Source: Lytechinus pictus
Lineage: Eukaryota
Length of the DNA: 64,000 nt
Assembly (NCBI RefSeq): GCF_037042905.1
Contig: NC_087251.1
Location: forward strand, 6,698,001 to 6,762,000
Reading direction: 5' to 3'
Shown here: piece after piece, positions 50,898 through 64,000 of the stretch
Layout of the letters: every line of letters starts with the position of its first letter
Numbering within the stretch: the first letter of the stretch is position 1
Position numbers and translations under genes: made by a program
The notes under the pieces: generated by a model
Told to the model about the DNA's origin: nothing
The model's database searches: none
The model's input: the letters and a program-made list of their open reading frames with translations, nothing else

Positions 50898-53589
50898 TAG
50901 GGATAATTCTGAGAGTGAAAGTCACTGACAATTCCCATGACCTCGTGTCATCCTTGCATTTTAATGGCTGCTTGCATGTACATCAGAAAATTAAAGCTTT
51001 AAATCACCATTTGATGGATTTTTCCCTTACCATTGTAGGTATGTTTCTCTCCTTTTTATACTTTCATTTTATGCCAAGATGGGCTTCCCACTTGAACTTT
51101 TCCTCTCAAGGTGAAAATGATAGTCTTTGCCATATAAAATGTTGCGATGTCAAATAGCCTTTAGTGCATAAATTGCCGTCACATGGTATCTAGTGGGTTA
51201 AGTTCAAACCATGTTGATTCCTTAATCAGTTGCTGGTGCTCCTCAGTCCACTGCACTGTGTTGTAGAAATCACCAAGTAGTAAACTTACATGCTCTTGAG
51301 ATGAAGAAGTTGTAGGCAGTGGAATAAACAAGTTGGGCCCCCAGCAGCATTAGGGGATGACAACTTTACCCTAGCTACGAAGGCTAGCATCATCTTTAAT
51401 GCAATCACTTGATGCATGGTATATCATATTACACTTTTCAACTCTCCTTGGGAGTTGAGATAAGTTCATTATGTAAGCACTTCAGAGAAAACTCTATTGG
51501 GAACCTGCGAATTGAGAGAAATATGCTTTTCTAAAACATCATTGCAAGAAATTGTTTTATACATACAGTATGTCTTTTTAAATGAACAAAAAATTATCAA
51601 AGTAATCTATTATTTGTATTATCTGTTGATTTTATGAATGAAGCATAAAGTTATATTGTTACATTTAAAGTTATTCTAAAAAACTGTTTATTAATATTTT
51701 TATAACAAAATGTCATAATACTGTCAGTGTAGAGAGTGCCCTGTAGTTCATAATGTAACAGTAGATGTCAGGCCAATTACCCTATCATAACTCTCAAGTG
51801 GTGTACTCCAAAGTGACAGATTTTTTTTAAACAGCAGTCCACTATAAAGTTCCAAGGAATATAAGTTCTTTCATTGCCCACTTTTGCCAAGTTCAATGTT
51901 GCTATTTTACACAAATTCACCTTTGAAATTGGAATCTTTTGGTATACACCTCCATTTGGCTATTGTTTGCACTGCCTTGTCAAAGTTTTCATACACTTGT
52001 TTTTCATATAAGGTTTTAACAATTTTCCACATTTAATCAATGATATGAGCAAATATTTGGGTTTATTTAAGAATGGATGTATAGACTTATGAAATCAGAA
52101 TAATTTTGAGGTGTCTTTTAAAATGATAAAATCAGTAGAAAAAGTTTGTGGAGAGCATTTGAATTATAAGAAAAAAATAAAGTTGTAGAAGAGTTAAACA
52201 TGTGAAGACATTTATAGGCAAAGAGAGAGCTTCATGATCGTATTCCTTATCAAGTATTAATGCTTGCATGAATGAAAGTAGTCTCTACTCAATTTACCCT
52301 GATCACTAGGGAAATAAACTCAGAATCCAATTCCATCTGTATTAATGTTAGAAACCACAGTCTACCCAACGGACGAAGCTAATAACTGTCCGGAATAGGT
52401 ATAAGATGGAGGGGAATTAGTTATTGAGATGAGAGGCTACAACAGGCAGCACCTAAGGTACAATTCAAGGGCTAACCCATCAGTAATGGAGCTCAAAGAC
52501 TCTAATTAAAGTGCATTTTATTCTAAGAACTAGTGAGTCAACATTATTTGGTTAAGTGTATGGAATCATTACTCATTTATAGTGGGAATTCAAGTATTTT
52601 ATCACTCTAATCCTCTTATTTGGATTAGTTAAGCAACTATCCATTAAGTCTGAATGAATGTAATATTAAATTTTCAATCAAAGGAAACCAAATAGAAATA
52701 CTGTAAGTAGAAAATATAAAATTTTAACTATTAGATTCGATCTTCTTCTTACATCTGGAGTTTAATCCTTTGTAATTCTTTAATTCCTGCTATAGTAGAT
52801 ACATATGAGATATGATATCTTAGGGTTTCAAATATATCATAATTACATATAAGATTTATTGTTAGATTCTTAATAGCTACAATTATAAAAATCCAGGGCA
52901 AGATAGAGTAAGTGGAGATGCACATTAACCTGTTAATATTTGTTAGTAATATATATCATTTTGGGGAATAGAAGGGGACTTGGAGTTTTTTTCTTTAACC
53001 CAAAGTTTACACCACAAATTGCACCATGTCATAATGAAAAATTGGTTACCCTTCACCCTCTACTGCATGATGGGGATGTCGTCATATAGAATGACCCCCC
53101 TCTTCCTGGTCAGTTTGCCTCCTTACATAGGCCTCACATTCTTCACTCTTGATCTAGATCTTAATACTAATGTATCACCTGATTTACACATCATCCATAA
53201 TGTGCATATACAATGATATGAGTCATCCACAGAAGGTAGTCTACCACCTGATGCTGTGATAACAATACTCAGGTCATGTTACATCTGTACAATTTACCAA
53301 CACTTCCAAGTTTATTCATTACTGATCAACATAGAATAATTATATCTTGCTTCATAGTTAGAAGAAACATCAGTTGATTAATTGCCCTCTCCATAATCTT
53401 CATATATGATTTTTTTTTTTCAAAGTAACTCAGAAGAGGCAACAGAAGCTTTAAAACCTTGATATATTGCTTTGTATTTTAGTAATGATTGTCATCTTGA
53501 TGTATTTATCAATTCAATTCCTTTTTTAATGATGTTTACATCTTGGACAATGAACCTGAATGATATGTGTCATATCAAGATGTTAAAAT

Positions 53590-54300
53590 GTCCATGAGGT
53601 TGTGTACAGGGTCTCATTATCTAGCCCACACCGACCCAATTTTTAAAGAGCTTGGATTACTAAAAGTTGCGGATATAAATACCATCCAGACAGCACTTTT
53701 CATGTTTAGATTGAAAAATAAGATATTGCCTTCCCAATTCAATTCTATGTTCATATGTAATTACCAAATTCATTCGTATAACACAAGAGGCTCAGAAAAT
53801 TACCATTTAATAAATCCGCGAACTTTGTTAACATCTAAATCAATAAGACACAGGGGCCCCGACGTCTGGCATTCACTTCCCACCGAGATCAAGCAATACT
53901 CGTTTTTATCGGCATTCAAAAGAAAATTAAAATACCACATTTTATCTACATATTAGTTGGAAGATAGGTCGATTTTGTTCATGTAAGGGGGGGGGGGGTG
54001 TTTAGGAGTTATCTGGGCAAGTTACAGTTAAGTTTATTTATGCTTTATTTGTATGTTATATTATCAAGTTATGTATATGTATTTCTGCAATCGTATTCTT
54101 TAATTGGGAATAACCCCTTTCAAGCTCCTTGTAGCTTTTTGGTTTTTCCCATATTTCTCCTATAAGTTTTTTATAATCTCAAATTCATGTACCTGATTTC
54201 TATATATGTAATTCAATTATTAACGTTTTATATTTTGAATGTATATATTTTGTATTGTTTTTTATCATGAGAAATAAAATCAATCAATCAATCAATCAAT
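53590..54300 (+). mobile_element. LINE (CR1/L2 group) 3' fragment, 5'-truncated
   Basis: ORF to 53956 (HTDPIFKELGLLK...IHSYNTR...GPDVWHSLP...FKRKLK) typical of the ORF2 C-terminus; ends AATAAA followed by (ATCA)n. Confidence 0.85.
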
Positions 54301-57300
54301 GATTGTAAGGGAAATGGGTTTGGAAGTGTAAACTATAGACTCTTGGCAGATTATTCACTCTTATCTTAAGATGTGACATGAATTACAAATCAAAAGGTGA
54401 AATTCAGTTTACATTCAGTGATTTCAGCTGTTGCATGATCATACATGTAGTCAAGAATATGATAAGAAGTGAATGAATCAAGTGTGTAAGCACTTAATAA
54501 GTTAAGTAGAATGTGAGAACAAATGATCTGGGCAAATGGCAAAGACTGTTATGTTTATGTAAAATTCTTTTCCTGTAACATTGATTTTCATAATGTTAAA
54601 TTGGGGATTTGATATCTAGAGATGTTAGATATTTACCATAGATAATTCAAAATTATAAGTTTGATTGCAGGCTTAAGAATAATACTGGCCATTTAGGTAA
54701 GTCTTGTATGAAGCGTGAACTTTAAAATGCATCTCACATTTATACTAGCTTTTTGTTTTATAGTTTGAACAAAGATCATGTTTTACACATGTTGTTCAAT
54801 TGATTTGTTTAGGCTTTAAGCAATGCAACACCGCAGAAATCAACTTTGATTTATGCATGTGAAAACGAAATGATATACGAGTGTAATTTTTTTAAATCAT
54901 TTTTCTGATCTTAAAATGGAATTATGTGCCAGAAAATTTGTACATTAATTGACAGGATGGTAGATGGGATGAAAGGTTGACTTTCAGGTCAGGATAAAGC
55001 TTATATGAGCAGCAAATGGTATCCTGGATATGATCAAATAATGAACTCAAAATTGATAGTCTAAATAATAATTGTTTATCTAGGATATCTTGGAAACACT
55101 CTAAAATAATTATGATAATTTGATATCTTGTTAAAGAAAATAATTAAAGTGTATTATGCTCGTTTCACATCAGATGAAGATAGGAAGATATTGCTTACAT
55201 ATTTTTTTTGCTTTAAAGTTTGGGAGTTCATGATATTTCTATTATTTTCCTGCATGCTGATATATAATTTTTCAAATAAATTGTTCAAAAACATCAGACA
55301 AAAGAGATTGTGTTATGTGTAATGACTCTCAAAGAAGCATTTATTATGAGAATATTTCTCGAGGTGCTTTTTGTGCTCAAAATATAATTTGGTCCCCAAA
55401 AAGACAATATCGGAATAAATCCATGCAAAGTACAGCTTACAGGCTTTATACTATCAAGTCTTTCTTTGGTTTCTTTGAGGTGGTGTCTTTTTTTAAGTGG
55501 GGGGGGGGGGTATATCACAATACCCTGGGAACGCATCGCTTACTTCATCGAACCAAGAAGATTCCTAGGAAGAATCATTATTGGATAAAAAGGACATTTC
55601 CCTTTCTCATTTTCTCTCTTCAATTCTCTGTTTCACAAGTTTATAGGAGATGAGTGGGAACAAATTGAGGCTCTCTTTTTACTTTCTAACAATCCAATTT
55701 CCCATGTGTCAAGCCTGGCACTCAGTAGAGAGCTAAATGTAGCGACAGACTTCACGATGCTTATATATTCAATTTGGAGAGAAATTGCCAGTAAATTTGC
55801 TAGTTGCCTTGCAGTCAGTGAATGTGCAATTTTGTTCTCACAGTCACCAACCATGTTATAGGTTTTAGGGGTTTTATCTAAGCCCAGTAAACCCTACTAG
55901 GAAATGTGGAATTGTAATTTGATTACTCTCAATCTGGATAGTTGTCATTAAATTTCACAAAAAAATGCAAGGCAATTTATTGGAATTTTTAAATATTGAT
56001 TACTGTAGGACTACATGTACTTTGCATATTGTTGTTCACCAGAAATTAATATTAGTGATGTTTTAAAGGGGTTTCACATAATCATGCTTTCTATGAGTGA
56101 AGGGGGGGAATGTGTCCCCTTTTGACCAAAGATGAGACCAATGAGGCATCAGGAAAAATAAATAATGAAAAAGTTTTTTTTTTTTCAAACTGACAAATTT
56201 TACCAGACCACAATAACATTTGCCATCTTCTTGTATATGGTTTATCATATTAGTTAATGTCTCTATGTACTTCCAAAGCATCCTTTGAATCAGTAAACTT
56301 TCTCAGATTACCAATTAATCATACAACTGATTTTTTATTTTTTATTTACATAAATAATCAAAATAATCCATTCTAAAAAAATCAGCTCTATCATCTGAGA
56401 TTTTTGTTACTGAGGCAGATGTGTCTCACCCCTCTCTGTCCTGTAATCCTGCATCTGCCCCTGGATATGCAGAGAAGCAGAGGGGAAGTGTGATATGAAG
56501 CAGCTGAACTTGAAGTATGGCAGTAAATTAGAGGTGTAATATGAGGAGTATCTCTCCCTCAAACAGTTTTCCTTAGCTTGGGTAGGATATCAAGATGTTT
56601 GGGATGGAACCTCTGAAGGAAATGATATGAGTTTGACCTTATAGCTTGTACTTTAGCTGGATGTTTGCTGAAGAAGATTCCATGATGTGATGAAGTGTTT
56701 CATATCCTCAAGGAATATCATGTTTATATTGTAACATGAAACCAGTGTCTCTGTCTATGCTAGACAGTCTATGTTATCAGTTGTCTTTTCCATAAATTCA
56801 TACCTTGCACTCGCATTGATTCATTATCAAATTATTATGGTACATGAGATTATAATTAAACCTGCTTAATTGACCAGCTATCAATTATATATACATGTAG
56901 CTTGTCTTTTGACAGAGAAACTATGATTTTGAACTCGTTTAAAATGGGATACAGTTTAATTTGTTTATGGAATTAGTTGACAGTCAGGTGGTTGTTCGGT
57001 TGCAAATTATTCTACTTCCTCAATTTTTTCCCCAAAGCTCGTGAGACTTTGAAAAACACATTGGTCTTGCAGTGAAGATGTGCTGCAAGTTGTATCATTT
57101 TCTGTTGTTAGTAATTAATTATCATGGTAACACTAAGGGTATTGTTTTCAGTGATGCATGTATTTCTATTTTCTATTCAGATTTGATTGCACTAAAATTG
57201 AAAATATAATTCAGAATATCACAGGAATAAACTTTAAGACTTTTATCAACCAATAGAATATTAACATAAATCAAAGAACAAAATGAATAGAAATCGATGA

Positions 57301-57692
57301 CTAAGGTGGGAGGGGGTACTTCTAAATACCATGATAAGACCATGTGTGGTTGTTTTAGCCCGCTGTTTTCATAAGTGTGTGGAACAGATGTGAATTAAAT
57401 TGATATTAAGAATTCCTTAATGTTGGCATGTTTTGGATTGAAAATTTGTCTAAATTGGCCCATTAGGAAATGAAAATAAACAGCTTCTTGGGCCCATGCT
57501 GAGTTTGAAAGTCAAGGATAATCTGAGTGCTCACGATACAAAGCAAAGTTTGCATGGGACATAGATGATAAGAAATTAAAAGGAAAAACGCTAAAATTGA
57601 TTAACGAACACAAAAGAAGAAATGTTTATACAAAAAAAGAAAAGAAGCGTTATTGCAAGGAAGGGAGAAGGATACAGACTAAAAGAGACAGA

Positions 57693-58160
57693 AGGTGGTT
57701 TCAGACCGCCTCGAAGTTCGCCAGTTCCAGGTATTCTCTGATCGGGAAATTTACCCCGATCAGAAAATACCAGGTATTTTGGCGGTGTGAAAGCAAACTA
57801 CGCGTAATATCCCCGAAAGAAAATACCCGATAAATAGTAGGTACTTGGCGAAATTACGCGGGGATTTTTCCAAGGTCGTGGGTATTTTGGCGGTCTGAAA
57901 GCAAATTACGGGAACTTTTAGCCCAGCGTGTCGTTGGGTGCGGCGCCGTGCATGGGTTGCTGCTGGGCTAGTGATTTTGAATTTCGCGCCTTGCTGCTTA
58001 TCAGACCATAATGCGCATGCTCTTAACTTCAGGAACTTATCCCGAAGGGTATGTTTCAGGGCGGTGTGAATGCAGGAATAATTAATGGGTATTTTTCAGC
58101 CTAAAAAAGTTCTCGTAATTTAACGGGGATTCTTGTGATCGAGGCGGTTTGAAACCACCT
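57693..58160. mobile_element. MITE with 3-bp TSD (PIF/Harbinger-like)
   Basis: AGA|AGGTGGTTTCAGACCGCCTCGA...TCGAGGCGGTTTGAAACCACCT|AGA; inserted in AG-rich sequence. Confidence 0.85.
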
Positions 58161-59206
58161 AGAGGCAGACAGAGAGAAGGAGAGGGGGATGAGACAGACA
58201 TGGACAGATAGAGAGATACAGAGAGAGAGAGAGAGAGAGAGATCTAGAAATAGACAAAATGTAACTAAAAAGTGAAATTGGTACCTATAAATTGGTGAAA
58301 GAATAAGTTTTTAGTCTGTCATTCTGTTTGTTTTTCCTAGACAAATAAGAAAACCCAATCAATGTCAGACTGCTGTCACTCAAGAGCCTGTTGAACTTGA
58401 ACTGAGGTCAATCACCATGGAAACAGCTACCTTTCTCATTTTTCTTTCATCACTGTGGCACATCTATCAACAAATCAAATTTGACTACAAGCTTCCTTAA
58501 AGGGAATTTAAACATTTCTAGAAAATTAAAAGTCCCTTCACACAGAGAGTCATGATTGGTTAAGATCAGTTGCAACTTTGAGTTTAATTGTAATTCTTAC
58601 AAAGTTGTTAATTCTAATCTCCCTCTTTCTTTTACCATGCCTAGCTTTACTTAGGCCTACTTGCCATGTGATTGTCAACAATTTTGGTTGGATGTGTTTT
58701 AATTGAAATTTAATTAATTGTAGAGACCGGTTATGTGCAACATTTTCTCAATCTCTGAGGGATTGCATGCCTCTGAGTGAGCATTAGTACTGAATTTTAC
58801 TTTTGCAAGCCCTTGCCCATAGAAAACAATTTTTTACTCTCTTCTTTTCTTTCATTTTTTTTACTTATTTGTATGTTATTACATGTATTCAAATTGTATT
58901 TTTGTATTTACATTGTAAACTTTGTATGTTTTTATGGCCAAATGAATAATGATAACAATAACATTTTCAAAGTTTAGATTGAGTGTGATATTTTGTAAGA
59001 ATGTGTATGTTTATGACAATTCTTAACCCTGAATTGTTACCAAGTTTGGGTTGTTATCTCATTTTTAGTCATCAATATTTTCAGTAGTGAGTTTCTCAGA
59101 ACATAATCTATGTAATTATCTGTATACTCTTACTCATTTTTTTTTTGAGGGGGGGGGGTAAAAGTTGAATAATATAATCTTAATTGAATATTTTTTTTCA
59201 TTATAG

Positions 59207-59236
59207 ATCACTGCGTAGAAGAGGAGATCCCCGTGG
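59207..59236 (+). other. Orphan 30-nt exon candidate of an unidentified plus-strand gene
   Basis: ttttttttcattatAG|ATCACTGCGTAGAAGAGGAGATCCCCGTGG|GTAAGT; frame-preserving length; phase-1 reading (x)HCVEEEIPV has no stop. Confidence 0.45.
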
Positions 59237-60343
59237 GTAAGTACATGTACATGTATGTCCTGTTACGTTCATAGTTACTTTTATACAAATGAGATATGTG
59301 TGTCACTAATAATGATACATGTATTATATTTCAAAATTTGTTGCATCTTAATTTGGACCGTATGTGTCATTTTTTGAAAATACGGGAAATATGAGCTTGC
59401 ACACATTCAAACAACACCTTCCCCCCCACACACACACACACACACACACACACTTCCTCTCTTGCATTTTAAAGTTTGTGATGTTTTAATAATTTTTAGA
59501 TGATATTGTCCATGCTTTATGCAAGCAATCAGTGTAGGTAACAGCAATCTGATGAGGAGTGTCAATCGAACTGCACAATCTAGGGTGGAATACTTGATAT
59601 GTATGCCATTAATGTTTTATAAACCACTTATAAATGTTATTCCAGGGTCTGAATATTAAATGGGCCTTTATAGCAGCATAACTAGGCTGTGATATGCTTA
59701 AATTGACTGCCCTACTTTCACAGGTCTCTGGACCATCTTTGATCCAAGCTTCATATTTTATTCATGTGTACCTCCTGGTAAAGGATTTGCATTTTGATAT
59801 AAGATTAAAGCCCTGTTAGTAGCCAGTGTAGCCTCAAGCAGACCACACACTATACTGCATGGAACCCTGAAAGAAGAGAGTATCAGACTAGCGTACGAAT
59901 GTGATCAGAAATAGTTGATGAATTGTATCAGAGATTAGTGCAATAAATTTTGTTATGCATCTACCGTAAACATCTGACATTGTTGTTAGCTGTTATCCTG
60001 TTAGCTTGTTTTTGATAAGAAATCCAGTCTTCATAAATAGCCTTGTTGGGCAAGGCTCTCATAAATTTGCATTTTGCCAAAAGCTATTTAAAGTATGTTA
60101 TTTAGACTTTTTTTACTTAAAGTAATTTGTAGAATCTTGAGAAGAAGAAATTTTGAAGGATGATAACAAATAAAGGGCATCATTACTGAAATTATGATTG
60201 GTGAATGATCAGCGAATTGATCTCCCTTTTTTGTTGATCTACTTTTGCAAGTTTTGAGATATTTACTTGGCATCACTCCACAAGTGAGCCAAAGATCTTT
60301 ATTCACACTTTATAATGTACCGACTATGATTCTTTATGCCAAT

Positions 60344-60744
60344 AGGTGGTGCTGCACCATCCCGAGTTTGCTCAATCTCGAGATCTTAGCCTGATCGGCC
60401 CTCTTCGCGATTAATCTCGAGATTAAAAAAAACCTGTCTCCACCATCCCAAGAAGAGCGATTCTTGCTCGAGCGAGGCATCGATGCATTATGTTCTGACG
60501 CCGTGAATAAATAATCCCGAGTGCGTCTGCACCTACGAATCAGCGCGATAATTCGTGAAATAGCGCGCTATTTTGCAAATAATCCCAAGTTGACTTGGGA
60601 TTGCAATCTCGAGATTAATCCTACGAACTAGCGCGATAATTGCGTCTCCATTGCAAATAATCTCGAGATTGTTCAGATCGGGATATTTTGCCAGATCAGA
60701 AATAGCGCGCTAATTTGAAAACTCGGGATGGTGCAGACGGCCCT
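60344..60744. mobile_element. MITE with 3-bp TSD (PIF/Harbinger-like)
   Basis: AAT|AGGTGGTGCTGCACCATCCCGAGTTT...AAACTCGGGATGGTGCAGACGGCCCT|AAT; internal AATCTCGAGATT palindromes. Confidence 0.85.
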
Positions 60745-63700
60745 AATGATGTGATTTGTACTATGTGACTCCTTGCTTTCGACCAAACATCCGTCCATCA
60801 TCCATCGAAACCAAAGCCAAAACATCCGGTAGGGTCTACCAAGAGGATGGTTCCGTGATTCTATGGCTAAAGCCCACCTGCAGCTGTAAGCACAGCTGTA
60901 GACTCACTCACTTTCATCATCACTACTAGTCTTATACACCAGCCTAGTATGTTATCAAATCTCATATACTGGTTAGGTGATGCAGTTGCATTTCTTTTTG
61001 GGAGAACTAGAAAGTATAATTACAACTTTTTAAATCCCTCCATTGCTTAAAAAGTGTACAATTTGGGGTTTAAATTGTTTTACAGTGGAGGGCCTTGATT
61101 TCTATATTCACATGAGATCTTGTATGTCTCACTTTTGTTCAAAACCAAGGCACAGTTTTGCGGCTCTGCCAACAACTAAAATCTATGGTCATGTGATCAT
61201 GGAGCTTACTATGGTCGTATAGTTGAGAAACACTGGTCACCAGCATGCTCAATTTTATGTTTGAATTACTCTTATATCAAGTATTTGTAGTTCCAACTAT
61301 CTCCATTGCTGTCTCTTTTTTGTTGTTATTTTTATTATGTTCTCTGGCACCATTAAACGGTTTCTGACAATTCTTTCTTTTATTTCTTAGAGTAAAGAAG
61401 ACTGCATTGGTATTCACACCTCAAGCAGTGTCTGAAGCATGTGTGTATTCAGCTTCCAACTTGTTGACATGTACCGGAAACAAGGGCTAAAAAAGGCATC
61501 TCTCAATCTAGATTCTCATGTTTGCTATAAAAAGTGGGATATTTGCACTCCATGGCAGAAGGGTGTATTAAAGAATAAGTTATGCCCTTGGAGTTCTTCT
61601 TCTGTTTTCAACTCTCTTTCTCTTTCTTTTTTCTTTTTGAGTCAGTCTCTATTCCTCCCTCTCCCTTTCTATCTCTTCTATTTCTGTCTCCTCATTATTT
61701 CTTTCTCTTTGTCTATCTGTGTATGTTTCTCTCTCTCTGTTCCATTCTATCTTTCCTCAGAACATCGGTAGCACTCGAAAGTACAGGATAAAGGGTCAAG
61801 AAGTTGTTTGACATAGCCTGTTTGAGGGGGTCATTTTTGTGGTCGAGAGCACTTTTACCTTTCCTTTGGAATTCAAGAGAGAATATCAGAACAAATAATG
61901 CTTCAGATTCTCTGTTGGTTTTGTTCTTCATAGTGGTAATGAAAACATTGAGACTTCTGTGGGTACTGAAATTAAAAAAATAATATTCAAAATGAATATC
62001 TTAAAAAAAATAGTTTTTTAAAACAATTGTGATATTAATTGATCTGAAAATACCTGAAAATTATTTTCCTAGATACTATTAAAGAGTGAGTAAGATTCAT
62101 ATAATTTGATTTTTATTCACTTCAATTCAGTTTGTGTACATGATGGATATTGTGATCATTTCTAATAGCAGGTCCCTGAAACATGAATTGTAATAGGAGT
62201 ACACATTGATTATAGAGATATCATTTTAAAGTAACTCATGAAATGGGCAATTGTATGCAGTTTTATTTCCAAAAGTCATTATATAACAAATAAAGGAAAA
62301 TGTTACCACAAAATTAGAATGGTAAATCGGTTTGATTGGGTATTTAAGAGCAGTTAACAGAATCACTCAGTTCTTTCATGATGTGTTCATTTGGGAATAT
62401 GTAGCCCAGAAACATTATGAGCCAAAAATTTTGAAGGGGCCAGATGTGGCATATCAGGCAAAATTTATCAAAAAGTTGCGAGCGAGCAAGCGCAAAGTTT
62501 GACATTTTTTATTACAAAAATCCCCCCAAAAAATTGGAAAATTGAATATCTATAAATCTTCAGAAGACAGTATCTTCCATGCCTATTTTTCCTTAGTTAT
62601 GATGGACAAATCAAGAACCATAACTGAAGACCTGTCCCTTGATATCAAGTTTGAACTGGTATCTAAAAGAAAACAAATATGCATATATTATTTTGATACA
62701 GCATCAGATGAAAATAGTTGTTTAATCCAATGAAGAAAGCTTTTTTTATATCCTCCTCATCATAACCCTTTTATGTCATACACATTCAATCTAGTAATCA
62801 ATTTTGATAGAAGCACACACTTTTAAGGGATTTACTAAAACTTGAAATAGGATTTAAGATTTCAGTTTCGTTAGTTTGGTATGTAGATTACTGGAAGAGT
62901 CTAGCATTCTCTCTCCCTTGCACATTACCCCTCTTTAGAGAAATCCACCTTTTTTCTTGTGTTGTTTCTTTAATGTCCATATTTCATCCAATCTTCTGTT
63001 AAACCCTGACTCTGATAAACGTGCTTCCGACTCCATTCACAACTCTCTGATTCTTCACGCACCATTGTCACCTTTTGTGTACCAGTCGTGCTTTGCCCTG
63101 AGCCGCTTTTCAAACTAAATACATGGCGCCATTTCAGTGTCAAGTTTATCTCCTATTTGTGTTCCAAATGGACCTTGTGAATTGCGTCTAGTTGGAAAAC
63201 AGCCTTGACATTTAGATTGGTCAAAATTTGATTAAATGAAAGGGATTGAGTCTAAAAGAGATAATACTTGATACAGTCAAGGAAAAAAGTAAGATTGTGG
63301 CCTCCCCCATGACACAATTCCTTTCTTCACAACTCAACCACAACAACAACATGAATTTGTATAAATATGGATTTAGCAATGTTTGTTTATATATACATGC
63401 ATTGTTTATTCCTTTTATGGATGTGACATAAGAAAGATTTAAAAAGATTTTGTTGGATTTTTGTTCCTATGAAAGATAAAAAATAGGAGTAGTGGTGGTG
63501 GTGGTGGTCGAGTAGGAGAGGAAGAAGTGCTTGTAGGCCCATCATGCAATCATCAAGAGTATTTTAATGATAATCATACTTTGTACATTGCACTTCACAA
63601 TCTCCTTCAGTTCAAGTTGCCCCTACCTTCCCATTCAAAGATCCTGTGTATGATTACTTTTTGAACTCAAAAGAGTTTGATTTTCTTGGACTTTGGTATT

Positions 63701-64000
63701 GTCTGAATGATTGTTTGCTCTATTTCTTCAGATTTGAAAATGAAAAGTCAACATATTTGTTTTCAAGGCCCCATTGTCTGTTTTCACAGATCACATGTTC
63801 ATAGCTTTAGTTTGCTTGTCCATAAAAAAGTATATTATCAATAATATCCTTACTTGATATATTTCACTTCAGCATAGAAATCAACTTTATAGGAAGAAGG
63901 AAACACATGTCTTTGATAACGTATTCAAGTAAAAACTTACTATACAAAAGGAAACTCTGGTATACTATACATGACAGAAACTTTAGTAGCATTTTCCAGC

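Noticed and set aside
60750..60890. Open stretch ending at a GTAAGC donor
   Set aside because: No upstream acceptor or ATG in the long frame (TGA at 60747-60749); evidence insufficient.

Overview
Eukaryotic, AT-rich, intron-rich DNA. The repeat families and gene structure suggest a sea urchin or other marine deuterostome (inference). Two spliced genes could be rebuilt by hand with GT-AG sites and consistent phases, arranged head to head. One is a TCTE1/DRC5-like ciliary LRR gene (minus strand, 4 coding exons, 8500-12019, 503 aa). The other is RPAP1 (plus strand, 28 coding exons, 20647-41104, about 1498 aa). A compact candidate bidirectional promoter at about 14.3 kb has an RFX X-box and an NRF1/P3A2 palindrome between opposite-facing splice donors. 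The rest is introns and intergenic DNA full of non-autonomous DNA transposons (hAT, PIF/Harbinger-like, Tc1/mariner-like, Kolobok-like, Helentron/DINE-like), tRNA-derived SINEs and LINE 3' fragments. There is no prokaryote-type system (CRISPR etc.). The most notable signals concern splicing: (1) a diverged, same-length, stop-free duplicate of RPAP1 coding exon 19 only 17 nt upstream of it, a candidate mutually exclusive pair; (2) a SINE whose target-site duplication copied an RPAP1 splice acceptor; (3) a 9-nt and a 30-nt micro-exon candidate. There is also a roughly 1.5-kb imperfect palindrome formed by two tail-to-tail transposons. All coordinates were counted by hand and no database search was run.
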